From Promethearchaeum syntrophicum (lineage in GTDB: Archaea; Asgardarchaeota; Lokiarchaeia; Sigyniarchaeales; Promethearchaeaceae), in contig NZ_CP042905.2 in the NCBI RefSeq assembly GCF_008000775.2, forward strand, positions 4,230,001 through 4,262,000: a stretch of DNA of 32,000 nucleotides. The letters run 5' to 3'. Under the pieces are notes generated by a model, which was not told where the DNA came from, made no database searches, and worked only from the letters and a program-made list of their open reading frames with translations. Below are positions 18,812-27,166 of this stretch, piece after piece; positions within the stretch are counted from its first letter, which is position 1; each line of letters opens with the position of its first letter. A program made the position numbers and the translations under genes.

Positions 18812-19188
18812 TTACTTAATTTTTCCCATTTAGCGAATAATTTCACTAGGAGGAAAATCACCAGAGCTACTATAAAAAACGTTAAAATAGTTCCTAAGAA
18901 GTGTCCCATACGGAATGGGCCAAGCATCCATTCTTCCCAAGCTAAATCGGCAGGGAGTCCATATTCAATGAGTGGCATTATCAAGTCATCAACAACCGCG
19001 TTAATGACATTTCCAACATAAATTCCCATAATAAACGCGATAGCCATCCCAAAAACTTTATATTTTTTTAAAAATGCTTTGAAATCTTCTCGAAAGTTTT
19101 TTGGTACGGGTACTGGCTTAGGGGTCAGCAATTCCTTAATTTTAGTTAATTCTTCAATCATTTTTTCTTCATTTGACAAAATTTTCAC
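18808..19188 (-). CDS. mscL: large-conductance mechanosensitive channel MscL-like
   Basis: FKAFLKKYKVFGMAIAFIMGIYVGNVINAVVDDLIMPLI matches the MscL TM1 region, and there is a second TM near the C-terminus. It overlaps the VWA stop by 4 nt (convergent). Confidence 0.7.
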   Translation of the reverse strand: MKILSNEEKMIEELTKIKELLTPKPVPVPKNFREDFKAFLKKYKVFGMAIAFIMGIYVGNVINAVVDDLIMPLIEYGLPADLAWEEWMLGPFRMGHFLGTILTFFIVALVIFLLVKLFAKWEKLSN

Positions 19189-19303
19189 CTAACCGATTTA
19201 AATTGATCCTTTCTTAATTTAAATCTTTATTATCGAAAACAGCTTGATTTGAAATAGATAAAAACTTCAAAAAAAAAATAAATTATAAAACCAATTAAAA
19301 AAC

Positions 19304-20143
19304 ATGGCAATAAACTCGAATAATAAAAAAAATAAAGAAAACCCCCTCTTTAAACCGCGATATCTTGATGCTAAAGATAAAAAAAATGCAAAAATTGCCT
19401 TTACACTCTGTATTGTTGGTATTTTGGCTTTTTTATTTCAAATGCTTTATTTTGTAGTGCGATATAAAGGATTTGATGATTGGTTAATTGTGTTAACTTT
19501 CTGGATAGTTTTTATTATGCCCGGATATATTGCTGATGCTATGATGGTCCTTGTTGGGGGCGGGGGACCGTTAGATGGAGGAAAAATTGCGAAAGATGGA
19601 AGAAGATTGTTTGGATCTGGAAAAACTAAAAGAGGTTTTTTCTTAGGTCCATTGATTGGGGGTATTATTGCATTAATCATTCACGGAATATTATTTTGGC
19701 AGTGGGAAAATATTACTGCTCTTATTATAAGCTTTACAGAAAACCCCGATATCTACTATCACTTTTATGAGAATAATGCGGAGAATTTGATCAAAGATTT
19801 TTCAATATTTTTATTGGGTAATTCATCAGGGGATACAACATTTTTAGGTTTTTTAAATTTAATTCCCCGAGTATTTTTATGTGCCTATGGAACTGCTTTT
19901 GGTGATCTTGCTGGATCTTGGGCAAAAAGACGAAAGAATATTGCTTCAGGACAACCTTTTTGGATAGTAGATCAAATCGATTTCTTAGGTGGATGTCTTT
20001 TATTCGCAGGATGGTTTGTGTTTATTCCACCAGCGATTTATACAATCCATGTTTTAATTATGCTCCTTATTATTACCCCAAGTCTTGCTTTAATATCTAA
20101 TTCAATTTCATTTCTTACTGGCGGTAAGTCAGTCCCATGGTAA
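19304..20143 (+). CDS. carS: CDP-archaeol synthase-like (DUF46/CarS family) membrane cytidylyltransferase
   Basis: GGGPLDGGKIAKDGRRLFGSGKTKRGFFLGPLIGG, GDLAGSWAKRRKNI and FWIVDQIDFLGG resemble CarS signature regions. At 279 aa it is longer than the CarS proteins I remember. Confidence 0.65.
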   Translation: MAINSNNKKNKENPLFKPRYLDAKDKKNAKIAFTLCIVGILAFLFQMLYFVVRYKGFDDWLIVLTFWIVFIMPGYIADAMMVLVGGGGPLDGGKIAKDGRRLFGSGKTKRGFFLGPLIGGIIALIIHGILFWQWENITALIISFTENPDIYYHFYENNAENLIKDFSIFLLGNSSGDTTFLGFLNLIPRVFLCAYGTAFGDLAGSWAKRRKNIASGQPFWIVDQIDFLGGCLLFAGWFVFIPPAIYTIHVLIMLLIITPSLALISNSISFLTGGKSVPW

Positions 20144-20241
20144 ATTCATTTTGTGATAATTCAAATACCAAGTAGCTACATATTAAGGAACATTCGCATT
20201 TTATAATCTTAATATTTAAGATAATAATTTGGTGAAAAAAT

Positions 20242-20409
20242 ATGAGCGATGACGAATTAAGAAAAGAAATTGAAGAACACGATAAAAGCAAAATGGCTAA
20301 AGTCTCTGCAGATGAATTAGCAGCACGTGAAGCCGAAAAGAAGAAACGAGCCGAAGAATTGGCAAAACTTAAAGAAAAACTTAAAGCGGAAGGTAAATGG
20401 GAAGAATAA
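20242..20409 (+). CDS. small K/E-rich predicted coiled-coil protein (55 aa)
   Basis: Not in the ORF track because it is under 60 aa. Translates as MSDDELRKEIEEHDKSKMAKVSADELAAREAEKKKRAEELAKLKEKLKAEGKWEE. GGTGA at 20231-20235 lies 6 nt upstream of the ATG. The tracked 105-aa minus-strand ORF is its low-complexity antisense. Confidence 0.45.
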   Translation: MSDDELRKEIEEHDKSKMAKVSADELAAREAEKKKRAEELAKLKEKLKAEGKWEE

Positions 20410-20479
20410 TTTCCCCAATTTACTAAAATCATTTATTCTCAGAATCAGCTAAAATATATTTTACATTTTTTGATTTTTT

Positions 20480-21076
20480 TCATATCTTATATTCAGTAAA
20501 TTTCATTTTTTCTTTGGTTGTTGGAGATATATAAGACCCCCCTTCTTTGTCTCGCAATATTACTTTGAATGGCATTTGTTTTGATAGAACCTTGTTCAAT
20601 CTTTTTAAACTCTCATTAGCATTTTGCCATTCTATTATATCTGTTGGAGTAGTCCTTAGGAAAAATTCTAATTGGGTTTTCATCTTTAGAATTATTCCTT
20701 CGATGTTCGTGAATTCAAAAGTTGCAGCGGGACCCCGTTCAATTATCATGCCGATTTCAGGAATTTCCAAATCGCCACGTGCACCCCTAAATACTTTGTG
20801 AGTAAAATCCCCGTCATCAACGGTTAAAAGATATTCACCTGGTTTAAATGCAGTAAACATATTAACCATATCAGATTTTTTGTAATTGCATTTATTGCAT
20901 TCTAATAGGATAATTAAAACCTCATCACCGTCTGGAAGGGAGTAAATAGTTCGGGTCATTTTTAATCCTTTTTCATTACAAACGGGGCAAAGGTAGTCTT
21001 CTGTCATCTCTGGAAGTTCATAAGTCCCCTCTTTTTTTGATAGGGATGCTTTTTCGGAGATTCCTTTTTTGACCAT
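20480..21076 (-). CDS. ZPR1-type zinc-finger protein (archaeal C4 Zn-finger, COG1779-like)
   Basis: CPVCNEKG...x...CNKCNYKKSD (a C-x2-C ... C-x2-C pair) followed by a ZPR1-like beta domain. 198 aa. Confidence 0.7.
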   Translation of the reverse strand: MVKKGISEKASLSKKEGTYELPEMTEDYLCPVCNEKGLKMTRTIYSLPDGDEVLIILLECNKCNYKKSDMVNMFTAFKPGEYLLTVDDGDFTHKVFRGARGDLEIPEIGMIIERGPAATFEFTNIEGIILKMKTQLEFFLRTTPTDIIEWQNANESLKRLNKVLSKQMPFKVILRDKEGGSYISPTTKEKMKFTEYKI

Positions 21077-21175
21077 TACTAAATTTGAATATTTTACTTT
21101 TGAAAATTCTTATGTTTTATTTTGAAAATTTTTATGTTATATCTAAAATTATGAATACCCGTTGAGGAATTTATT

Positions 21176-21778
21176 ATGACTGATGAAAAAATCATTTACG
21201 AAGTTACAATGCATGGTAGAGGTGGGCAAGGAGCAATAACTGCTGCCCTTCTGCTCTGTGAAATCGCATATGCCGATGGATTTAAAGATGTTTTATCTAT
21301 CCCCAAGATAGGAGCCGAAAGACGAGGCGCTCCAATCAAGGCGTTTAGTAAATTATCTCCAAAAAATGAGATAAAGAACTACAGTGCAACAGAAGATGCA
21401 GATTTTACCATAATTTTTGATCCTACTTTACTCTCAATACCAGGAGTAGCAGACGGAATAAAACACGGAACAGTTCTGATTAATACAAACGCAGACGTTG
21501 ATGTATCAATATTTCCTAAAGAATGTAAAATCTATACAGTTCCAGTAACAGATATTGCACTTAAATTAAATTTACTAGCTTCTGGATATCCAATATTAAA
21601 TGTTCCACTTCTTGGAGCACTCACAAAAGTAAAATATAAGGATGAAGCAGGTGAACGAACTTTAGGTTTACATTTGGAAACAATAAAAAAAATTGCCGAT
21701 AAAAAATTTGGATCGAAAGGTATTTTAAATTATGAAGCGGCAGTAAAAGCGGCAGAACAAGTAAAGGAGTTGCGATAA
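21176..21778 (+). CDS. porC: 2-oxoacid:ferredoxin oxidoreductase gamma subunit
   Basis: HGRGGQGAITAA motif. It is first in a gamma-delta-alpha-beta order, and its stop TAA directly abuts the ATG of the next gene. Confidence 0.85.
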   Translation: MTDEKIIYEVTMHGRGGQGAITAALLLCEIAYADGFKDVLSIPKIGAERRGAPIKAFSKLSPKNEIKNYSATEDADFTIIFDPTLLSIPGVADGIKHGTVLINTNADVDVSIFPKECKIYTVPVTDIALKLNLLASGYPILNVPLLGALTKVKYKDEAGERTLGLHLETIKKIADKKFGSKGILNYEAAVKAAEQVKELR

Positions 21779-22126
21779 ATGACTGAAGAAGAAAAGAAAA
21801 ACTGGGAAGTAATAAGAATGTGTCGAGATGATCGACCAGAAGTCCAATGTTGGACGAGTTATTGGGATCTTCCATATGGTCCTGTTTCACTACCAGTAAA
21901 GGGTAGCGCAGGAAAGACGGGGGATTGGAGAACATTTACACCGGTTGTTAACAATGAAAATTGCATCAAATGCTATTTCTGTTATATGTATTGTCCCGAA
22001 GGTACGATTTCTGTAAATGATGAAACCGGATTTGTAAAAATTGATTATGATTATTGCAAAGGATGTGGAATTTGTGCAAAAAATTGCCCAAAAGAATGTA
22101 TTTCAATGGAAAAGATGAGTAAATAG
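21779..22126 (+). CDS. porD: 2-oxoacid:ferredoxin oxidoreductase delta subunit (2x[4Fe-4S] ferredoxin-like)
   Basis: CIKCYFCYMYCPEG and CKGCGICAKNCPKEC. Confidence 0.9.
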   Translation: MTEEEKKNWEVIRMCRDDRPEVQCWTSYWDLPYGPVSLPVKGSAGKTGDWRTFTPVVNNENCIKCYFCYMYCPEGTISVNDETGFVKIDYDYCKGCGICAKNCPKECISMEKMSK

Positions 22127-22135
22127 GTGAAAAAT

Positions 22136-23434
22136 ATGGCAAAACCAAAATTTATGGAAGGCCCATTAAAAGGGAATTTTGCATCAGCGTATGCAGCAAT
22201 GGATGCAGATATAGATGTTTGTACCGCATATCCTATTACACCACAAACCACCGTTGTTGAAAAACTTAGTGAATTAATAGGAGAAGAAGAATTTATTGAA
22301 CGTCAACATGTTGAATATGTCCGTATGGAATCAGAGCATAGTGTTGGGGCAGGTTTGGTCGGTGCGAGTTATGGCGGAGCTAGAACATTTACTGCCACTG
22401 CTGGACAAGGTTTATTATATATGACTGAGATGGTCCATTGGATGACTGGAGCTCGATTACCACCGGTAGTAGCGATTCAAACACGCGGTATCACAGGTCC
22501 TGGTTGGAATATTTGGGCGGATTATGGAGATATTTTAAGTTTACGAGATAGTGGGATAATGATTCAATTTATTGCTTCTCATCAAGAAATATATGATTCA
22601 ATTATTCAAGGATACAATATCACTGAACACCCAGATGTTATGTTGCCTCTTTTTCCAGCTTATGGAGGATTTGTTTTAAGTCATACTGCAAAACCTGTGA
22701 AGAGAATTCCATGGGAAGATGCACAAAAATTTGTTCGACCTAAGACACCAGAATGGCCACATGTTTGGGTAGATGGGGAACGTCCTATAATGAGTAACGC
22801 TCTCATTATGCCACAAAATTTCTATACAGAGTTCAGAATTAAAATTCATGAAGCACAAATGAACGCATTACCAGTAATAAAAAATACCATGGCAGAATTC
22901 GAAAAATCATTTGGAAGAGGCTATGGTAATGGTCTGGTTGTTCCATATAAATGTGAGGATGCTGAAGTTCTTTTAATTGGATATGGAGGAAATGCTCTTC
23001 AAGCAGAGGACGCTGTTGATAAAGCGCGTGAGCAAGGTTATAAGGCGGGAGCATTAAGACTAAGAACATATAGACCATTTCCACAAGAAGATCTCCTACA
23101 TTATATCAAAAAAATTCCTTATGTAGCCGTTATGGAACGCGCTCTTGCTTTTGGAAGTCCTACGGGGGGAGCTGTAAGCACTGATATTATGGCTATTTGT
23201 CAGCGAGATCCCGAAGCGAGAAACGCAAATATTGTTCCATTCATTGGAGGATTAGGAGGTCGGGATGTATTTTTAGATGAACAAATCGATCAAATTAAAA
23301 TTTTATATGAATTGAAAGAAAAAGGTGAAGTTCCTGATAGGAAATACAAGATGTGGGATACCTTTTGGACTGGTTTAATTACGGGTGATAAAAAAATGGC
23401 TATAGAAAATGAAGAATATTTTGGAGATATCTAA
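22136..23434 (+). CDS. porA: 2-oxoacid:ferredoxin oxidoreductase alpha subunit
   Basis: N-terminal MEGPLKGNFASAYAAMDADIDVCTAYPITPQT. The track starts at GTG 22127; ATG 22136, with AGGTGA 5 nt upstream, is preferred. Confidence 0.9.
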   Translation: MAKPKFMEGPLKGNFASAYAAMDADIDVCTAYPITPQTTVVEKLSELIGEEEFIERQHVEYVRMESEHSVGAGLVGASYGGARTFTATAGQGLLYMTEMVHWMTGARLPPVVAIQTRGITGPGWNIWADYGDILSLRDSGIMIQFIASHQEIYDSIIQGYNITEHPDVMLPLFPAYGGFVLSHTAKPVKRIPWEDAQKFVRPKTPEWPHVWVDGERPIMSNALIMPQNFYTEFRIKIHEAQMNALPVIKNTMAEFEKSFGRGYGNGLVVPYKCEDAEVLLIGYGGNALQAEDAVDKAREQGYKAGALRLRTYRPFPQEDLLHYIKKIPYVAVMERALAFGSPTGGAVSTDIMAICQRDPEARNANIVPFIGGLGGRDVFLDEQIDQIKILYELKEKGEVPDRKYKMWDTFWTGLITGDKKMAIENEEYFGDI

Positions 23435-23448
23435 GGGACTGATTAGAA

Positions 23449-24387
23449 ATGGCAAAAACAAAAATTAAAGATATACTTGCAAACCCAGAATCACGAAGGG
23501 AATATTTTCTTCCTGGTAATAGTACCTGCCAAGGTTGTGGCCTTGACATGGCGCTGAGATGGGCAATGAAAGCGTTAGGGCAAAATACGGTCATGATCTC
23601 TCCAGCAAGCTGTTCAAATGTAGTAACTGGTTTATGGCCAAAAAGTGCACCAGACTGGCCTTATTTCAATATGGCTTTCGCAGGTGCTGCTGCTGCCGCT
23701 ACAGGAATGAAACATGGCTTAATAACCAAAGGCAAAGGAGACTATAACGTTGTAGTTTGGGCTGGTGATGGTGGAACTACTGATATTGGTTTACAAGGAT
23801 TAAGTGGAGCAGCCGAACGGAATGAAGATATTATATATGTTTGCTACGATAACGAGGCTTATCAAAATACGGGAAATCAAAGGAGTAGTAGCACACCTCA
23901 TGGTGGAGCAACCACAACTACACCTTATGGAAAAGAGCGGTATAAAAAGAATCTTCCTATGATTGTTGCAGCACATAATGTTCCTTATGTAGCTACGGCT
24001 AGTGTGGGAGATCCAATGGATTTGTATGATAAATTTATGAAAGCAAAGAAAATAAAAGGATTTCGATATATTCATATTTTAGCACCTTGTCCTCCAGGAT
24101 GGCGATATCCTGCAGAAGAAACAATTCAACAAACAAAATTGATAGTCGATACTGGGGTATTCCCACTCTTTGAAATTGAAGATGGAAATTTGACTTTAAA
24201 TGGAAAAAGCAAACGGTTACATGATAAAACCAAACGAAAACCCCTTGGAGAATATTTCAATAAAAAAAATCAAGGAAGATTTAAGGTTGTTGATGAGAAA
24301 ATTCTTGGAGAGCTCCAAATGGATACAGATCGATGGTGGAAATGGATTGATCGATTTTTAGTTATTCAAGATTACGAGGAAAAATAA
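23449..24387 (+). CDS. porB: 2-oxoacid:ferredoxin oxidoreductase beta subunit (TPP-binding)
   Basis: CQGCG near the N-terminus. TPP motif WAGDGGTTDIGLQ...YDNEAYQNTG. Confidence 0.9.
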   Translation: MAKTKIKDILANPESRREYFLPGNSTCQGCGLDMALRWAMKALGQNTVMISPASCSNVVTGLWPKSAPDWPYFNMAFAGAAAAATGMKHGLITKGKGDYNVVVWAGDGGTTDIGLQGLSGAAERNEDIIYVCYDNEAYQNTGNQRSSSTPHGGATTTTPYGKERYKKNLPMIVAAHNVPYVATASVGDPMDLYDKFMKAKKIKGFRYIHILAPCPPGWRYPAEETIQQTKLIVDTGVFPLFEIEDGNLTLNGKSKRLHDKTKRKPLGEYFNKKNQGRFKVVDEKILGELQMDTDRWWKWIDRFLVIQDYEEK

Positions 24388-24466
24388 ATTAAGCAATTGT
24401 TAAAGTAGTTTTTTCTTTTTTCTTTTTTATTTTTAAAAAATATGTATGAATTGGCTGATTTTGAAC

Positions 24467-25006
24467 ATGAAAAACTTTAATTTAATAATTTCTACGGGAC
24501 GGGACTTTGAAGATCAGGCTGAATACGAATTATGGTTTAATCTATTAGCATTAGGAGATGAATCCCCCATAATTTTTCGTTCCGGAAATCAAGGATTAAT
24601 ATTAGCAAAAACTACGATTAATCCACTAGATCTTATTCAACATTTCCGTGAAATCACACAGAATAAAGATAGAAATTATATCCAATTTATCCATAAATTA
24701 ACCCCAATCGATATTGTAGTTCCGTCAGATCTAGATTCATTAAAGGAGGGTATGCTTAAATTGATAGAAAAACACCCACTTGGTCAAGATTCCACAACAA
24801 AATATAGAATTTCGGTAAAAAAAAGACAATCTACATTACAAACTTCTGAAATCATTGATATAATTGCTTCAACCTTGCCAAATGATGTTTCATTAAAAGA
24901 ATATGATTGGAATGTTCAAGTCGAAGTAATAGGAGATTCTACAGGGATCGCATTACTTAGGAAATCAGATATATTTAAACCAATCAGCGAAAAAAGACAG
25001 TTATAA
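24467..25006 (+). CDS. THUMP domain-containing protein (small archaeal type)
   Basis: MKNFNLIISTGRDFEDQAEYELW... and C-terminal WNVQVEVIGDSTGIALL match the pattern of stand-alone archaeal THUMP proteins. The track start is 24446. Confidence 0.6.
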   Translation: MKNFNLIISTGRDFEDQAEYELWFNLLALGDESPIIFRSGNQGLILAKTTINPLDLIQHFREITQNKDRNYIQFIHKLTPIDIVVPSDLDSLKEGMLKLIEKHPLGQDSTTKYRISVKKRQSTLQTSEIIDIIASTLPNDVSLKEYDWNVQVEVIGDSTGIALLRKSDIFKPISEKRQL

Positions 25007-25035
25007 TTAGTTGTATTTTTAAGAAAAGAGAAAAA

Positions 25036-25165
25036 GAGGCCGCGTGCAGCACCCGCATCAAACCGATGCGTAAAAGGAGGACCTCTTCTACGAAGAGGTT
25101 AAATCAAGCCATCTCGATTAGAGATGACATCCAAAAAGACAAAATAATTAACTGCACGCAAGCCA
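25036..25165. ncRNA. candidate structured small RNA (GC-rich island); family and strand unknown
   Basis: 33/60 G+C in 25041-25100, against an AT-rich background. An 8-bp closing helix (25042-25049 with 25152-25159) encloses three hairpins: 25054-59/25065-70, 25081-88/25092-99 and 25110-15/25121-26. T-runs follow on both strands. Confidence 0.4.
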
Positions 25166-25275
25166 TGGTTTATCTTTTTTTTTTAAATCTGCTACATTTA
25201 AATTCTAAGTTTTCTTCAATGTATAGTAAATTTTCTGATTGCCTCTAAATTACTGAACAGATTCAAAAAGACTAG

Positions 25276-25361
25276 AAAAAATTTGTTCTAATAAATTTTC
25301 CCCGTTTATCCTTCAAATAAGTCGAAAATTTACTAAATTGTTTCTTAAGAACAAATTTTTT
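25276..25361. promoter_or_regulatory. 14-bp perfect inverted repeat upstream of pfk
   Basis: AAAAAATTTGTTCT (25276-25289) and AGAACAAATTTTTT (25348-25361) are separated by 58 nt. The element ends 40 nt upstream of ATG 25402. Confidence 0.4.
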
Positions 25362-25401
25362 TGGAATGCGTTCTAAATCAATCTAAGGATTGAAAATAAA
25401 A

Positions 25402-26616
25402 ATGCGAGTAGGAATTTTGACCGGCGGTGGAGATTGTCCGGGACTAAATGCGGTTATTTACGGGGCATTATTGAGGGCATCTACTGAGAAAGATAAAGAA
25501 GTGGATGTAATAGGCATAATAAAGGGTTGGAAAGTTTTCGCAATAGAAAATATTTCCCCTGCAGATGTAGATCATTACACCCAAAAATTGGATATCGGAG
25601 AATTAGATGATTTGCACACAAAAGGGGGAACAATGTTATATACTTCACGAACAAATCCCTTTAAGGCTATAGCTAAATTAAAAGATCCGATTGAAAAAGA
25701 AGAAAAGACTAAAGAAATCGGATTGGAGTTAGCAAATAAGTTCAAAACTTTAAACATTGATGCTTTAATTACCATTGGCGGAGATGATACATGCGGTGTA
25801 GCTGCAGCCATGTATCAATATGGTAATGCAAAAGTATGTGCTTGTCCAAAAACGATCGATAACGATCTTGCAGGAACTGATTTTACATTTGGATTTTTTA
25901 GTGGGGCTCAATTAGCGAGTAATACACTTGATAATTTAACAACCACAGCACATTCTCACCAACGCATTTTTATTACCGAGATTATGGGTCGTGATGCAGG
26001 ATGGTTGACTTTATACAGCGGTCTTTCGAGTGGTGCAGATATAATTCTTTTACCTGAGACTCCATTTGACTTTAAGAAGGACATTGTGGAAGTTCTAATG
26101 GCACGTGCAAATTCTGGTTATAAATTTCATATGATTGCTTGTAGTGAAGGAGCATACCCGACTAAAGAATCTTTGGATAGGGATTTTTCTGTTATTTCAC
26201 AAAAAGATATAGATAATTTACCAAAAGATGCTTTTGGAAATCCAGAACTACCTAAATTGAATATTGCAGACAAAATTCAAAAAGAATTAAACAAACGAGA
26301 CGATATTAAGAAATATTTCAATGATCGCCACGCGCATTACGAAATTCGTTCAGTAGTGTTAGGGCATACAATGCGCGCGGGAACACCTAACGTGTTTGAT
26401 CGAGTACTTGGGCTACGTTACGGCTGGCATGCAATGAGTTATATTATTGACGGTAATTATGGCAAATTAAGTGCTTTGAAAGGAACGGATATTGTACCAG
26501 TTGATTTAATTGAGGGATCTAAAAAAGGGTTGATAGATCCTACTTCGGATTTAATACAGATTAGAGATGCAATGACTACTGTGAAGCATAAATCTAAAGA
26601 AAAATTGTTTAAATAA
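25402..26616 (+). CDS. pfk: 6-phosphofructokinase, PfkA family, PPi-dependent-type signature
   Basis: MRVGILTGGGDCPGLNAV, GGDDTCG, CPKTIDNDL and MGRDAG. The track start TTG 25390 is rejected in favour of ATG 25402. Confidence 0.9.
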   Translation: MRVGILTGGGDCPGLNAVIYGALLRASTEKDKEVDVIGIIKGWKVFAIENISPADVDHYTQKLDIGELDDLHTKGGTMLYTSRTNPFKAIAKLKDPIEKEEKTKEIGLELANKFKTLNIDALITIGGDDTCGVAAAMYQYGNAKVCACPKTIDNDLAGTDFTFGFFSGAQLASNTLDNLTTTAHSHQRIFITEIMGRDAGWLTLYSGLSSGADIILLPETPFDFKKDIVEVLMARANSGYKFHMIACSEGAYPTKESLDRDFSVISQKDIDNLPKDAFGNPELPKLNIADKIQKELNKRDDIKKYFNDRHAHYEIRSVVLGHTMRAGTPNVFDRVLGLRYGWHAMSYIIDGNYGKLSALKGTDIVPVDLIEGSKKGLIDPTSDLIQIRDAMTTVKHKSKEKLFK

Positions 26617-26777
26617 TTTTCGTGACATTTTTTTATTTTCTTTTTTCTTTCATTCTACAATGCTTTTTCTTTGAGATATGATTCTGATCTCTTCCAATCA
26701 CATTCGTTTACTCTTTCTCTAGTTAATTTTAGGATATTTTCTGTCAAAAGACCCCCCTTCGCCTCCATTGAGATTGC

Positions 26778-26824
26778 AAGTTTACGGTATAAGATACTTT
26801 CAGCCATGAAGTTTACGGTACAAG
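26778..26824. repeat. 16-nt direct repeat, two copies 31 nt apart
   Basis: AAGTTTACGGTATAAG (26778-26793) and AAGTTTACGGTACAAG (26809-26824) match at 15/16 positions. The 31-nt offset is not a multiple of 3. Confidence 0.6.
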
Positions 26825-26939
26825 CCATTCTCCAAATTTTTATAAAGGAAGTCGACAAAATAATTATCACGGAGTCATATCAACACCAACTCCCCCGAAT
26901 GTGATTGGAGAACAATTAATAATTTATGTGTCTTGAACC

Positions 26940-27166
26940 AGGCACATCGAAAAAAAGTATGTCATTCCGCGCGTGGGGAACCCTTTCATCGAAAATTGGT
27001 GGAGGAGGTTCTCAGGGTCAAGCAATCTTTCAGAGATATTGGGATGTTTGCCTCTTGGCGAGCAGGTGGGAACTCAGCACCGCAACAGCTCGTTCGAAGG
27101 GGGAACCCCATGCCACGAAATTTCGGCTATCCCCTGTGCAGCTGATGCAATCCTTCGGGTTTTTTC
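26940..27166 (+). ncRNA. candidate IS110 left-end non-coding (bridge/guide-type) RNA
   Basis: GC-rich, with all three forward frames open and no SD. Hand-found helices are 27003-09/27050-56, 27023-30/27034-41, 27082-90/27140-48 and 27098-103/27130-35. T6 lies at 27160-27165. The position upstream of the recombinase matches the IS110-group layout. Confidence 0.45.

Noticed and set aside
20115-20432. 105-aa minus-strand ORF
   Set aside because: It is a Ser/Leu/Phe low-complexity antisense of a K/E-rich plus ORF, and it overlaps the 3' end of carS.
25036-25165. tRNA (with intron), 5S rRNA, C/D-box or H/ACA reading of the GC-rich island
   Set aside because: There is no T-loop-like GTTCRAATC in a 7-nt loop and no D-arm. 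No 5S conserved blocks are present. There is no RUGAUGA/CUGA pair, and no ACA box immediately 3' of the closing helix on either strand.
25066-25248. 60-aa ORF across the GC-rich hairpin island
   Set aside because: It has no SD. It runs through three hairpins and a T10 run, and its product is low complexity. I treated it as an artefact of the RNA candidate.
26655-26904. 71-aa minus ORF and 77-aa plus ORF as genes, or as a gene fragment truncated by the IS
   Set aside because: The two overlap each other and neither has a convincing SD. The 16-nt repeat falls in different frames. The region right of the IS (28873-29026) is full of stops on the minus strand, so no split gene can be reconstructed.
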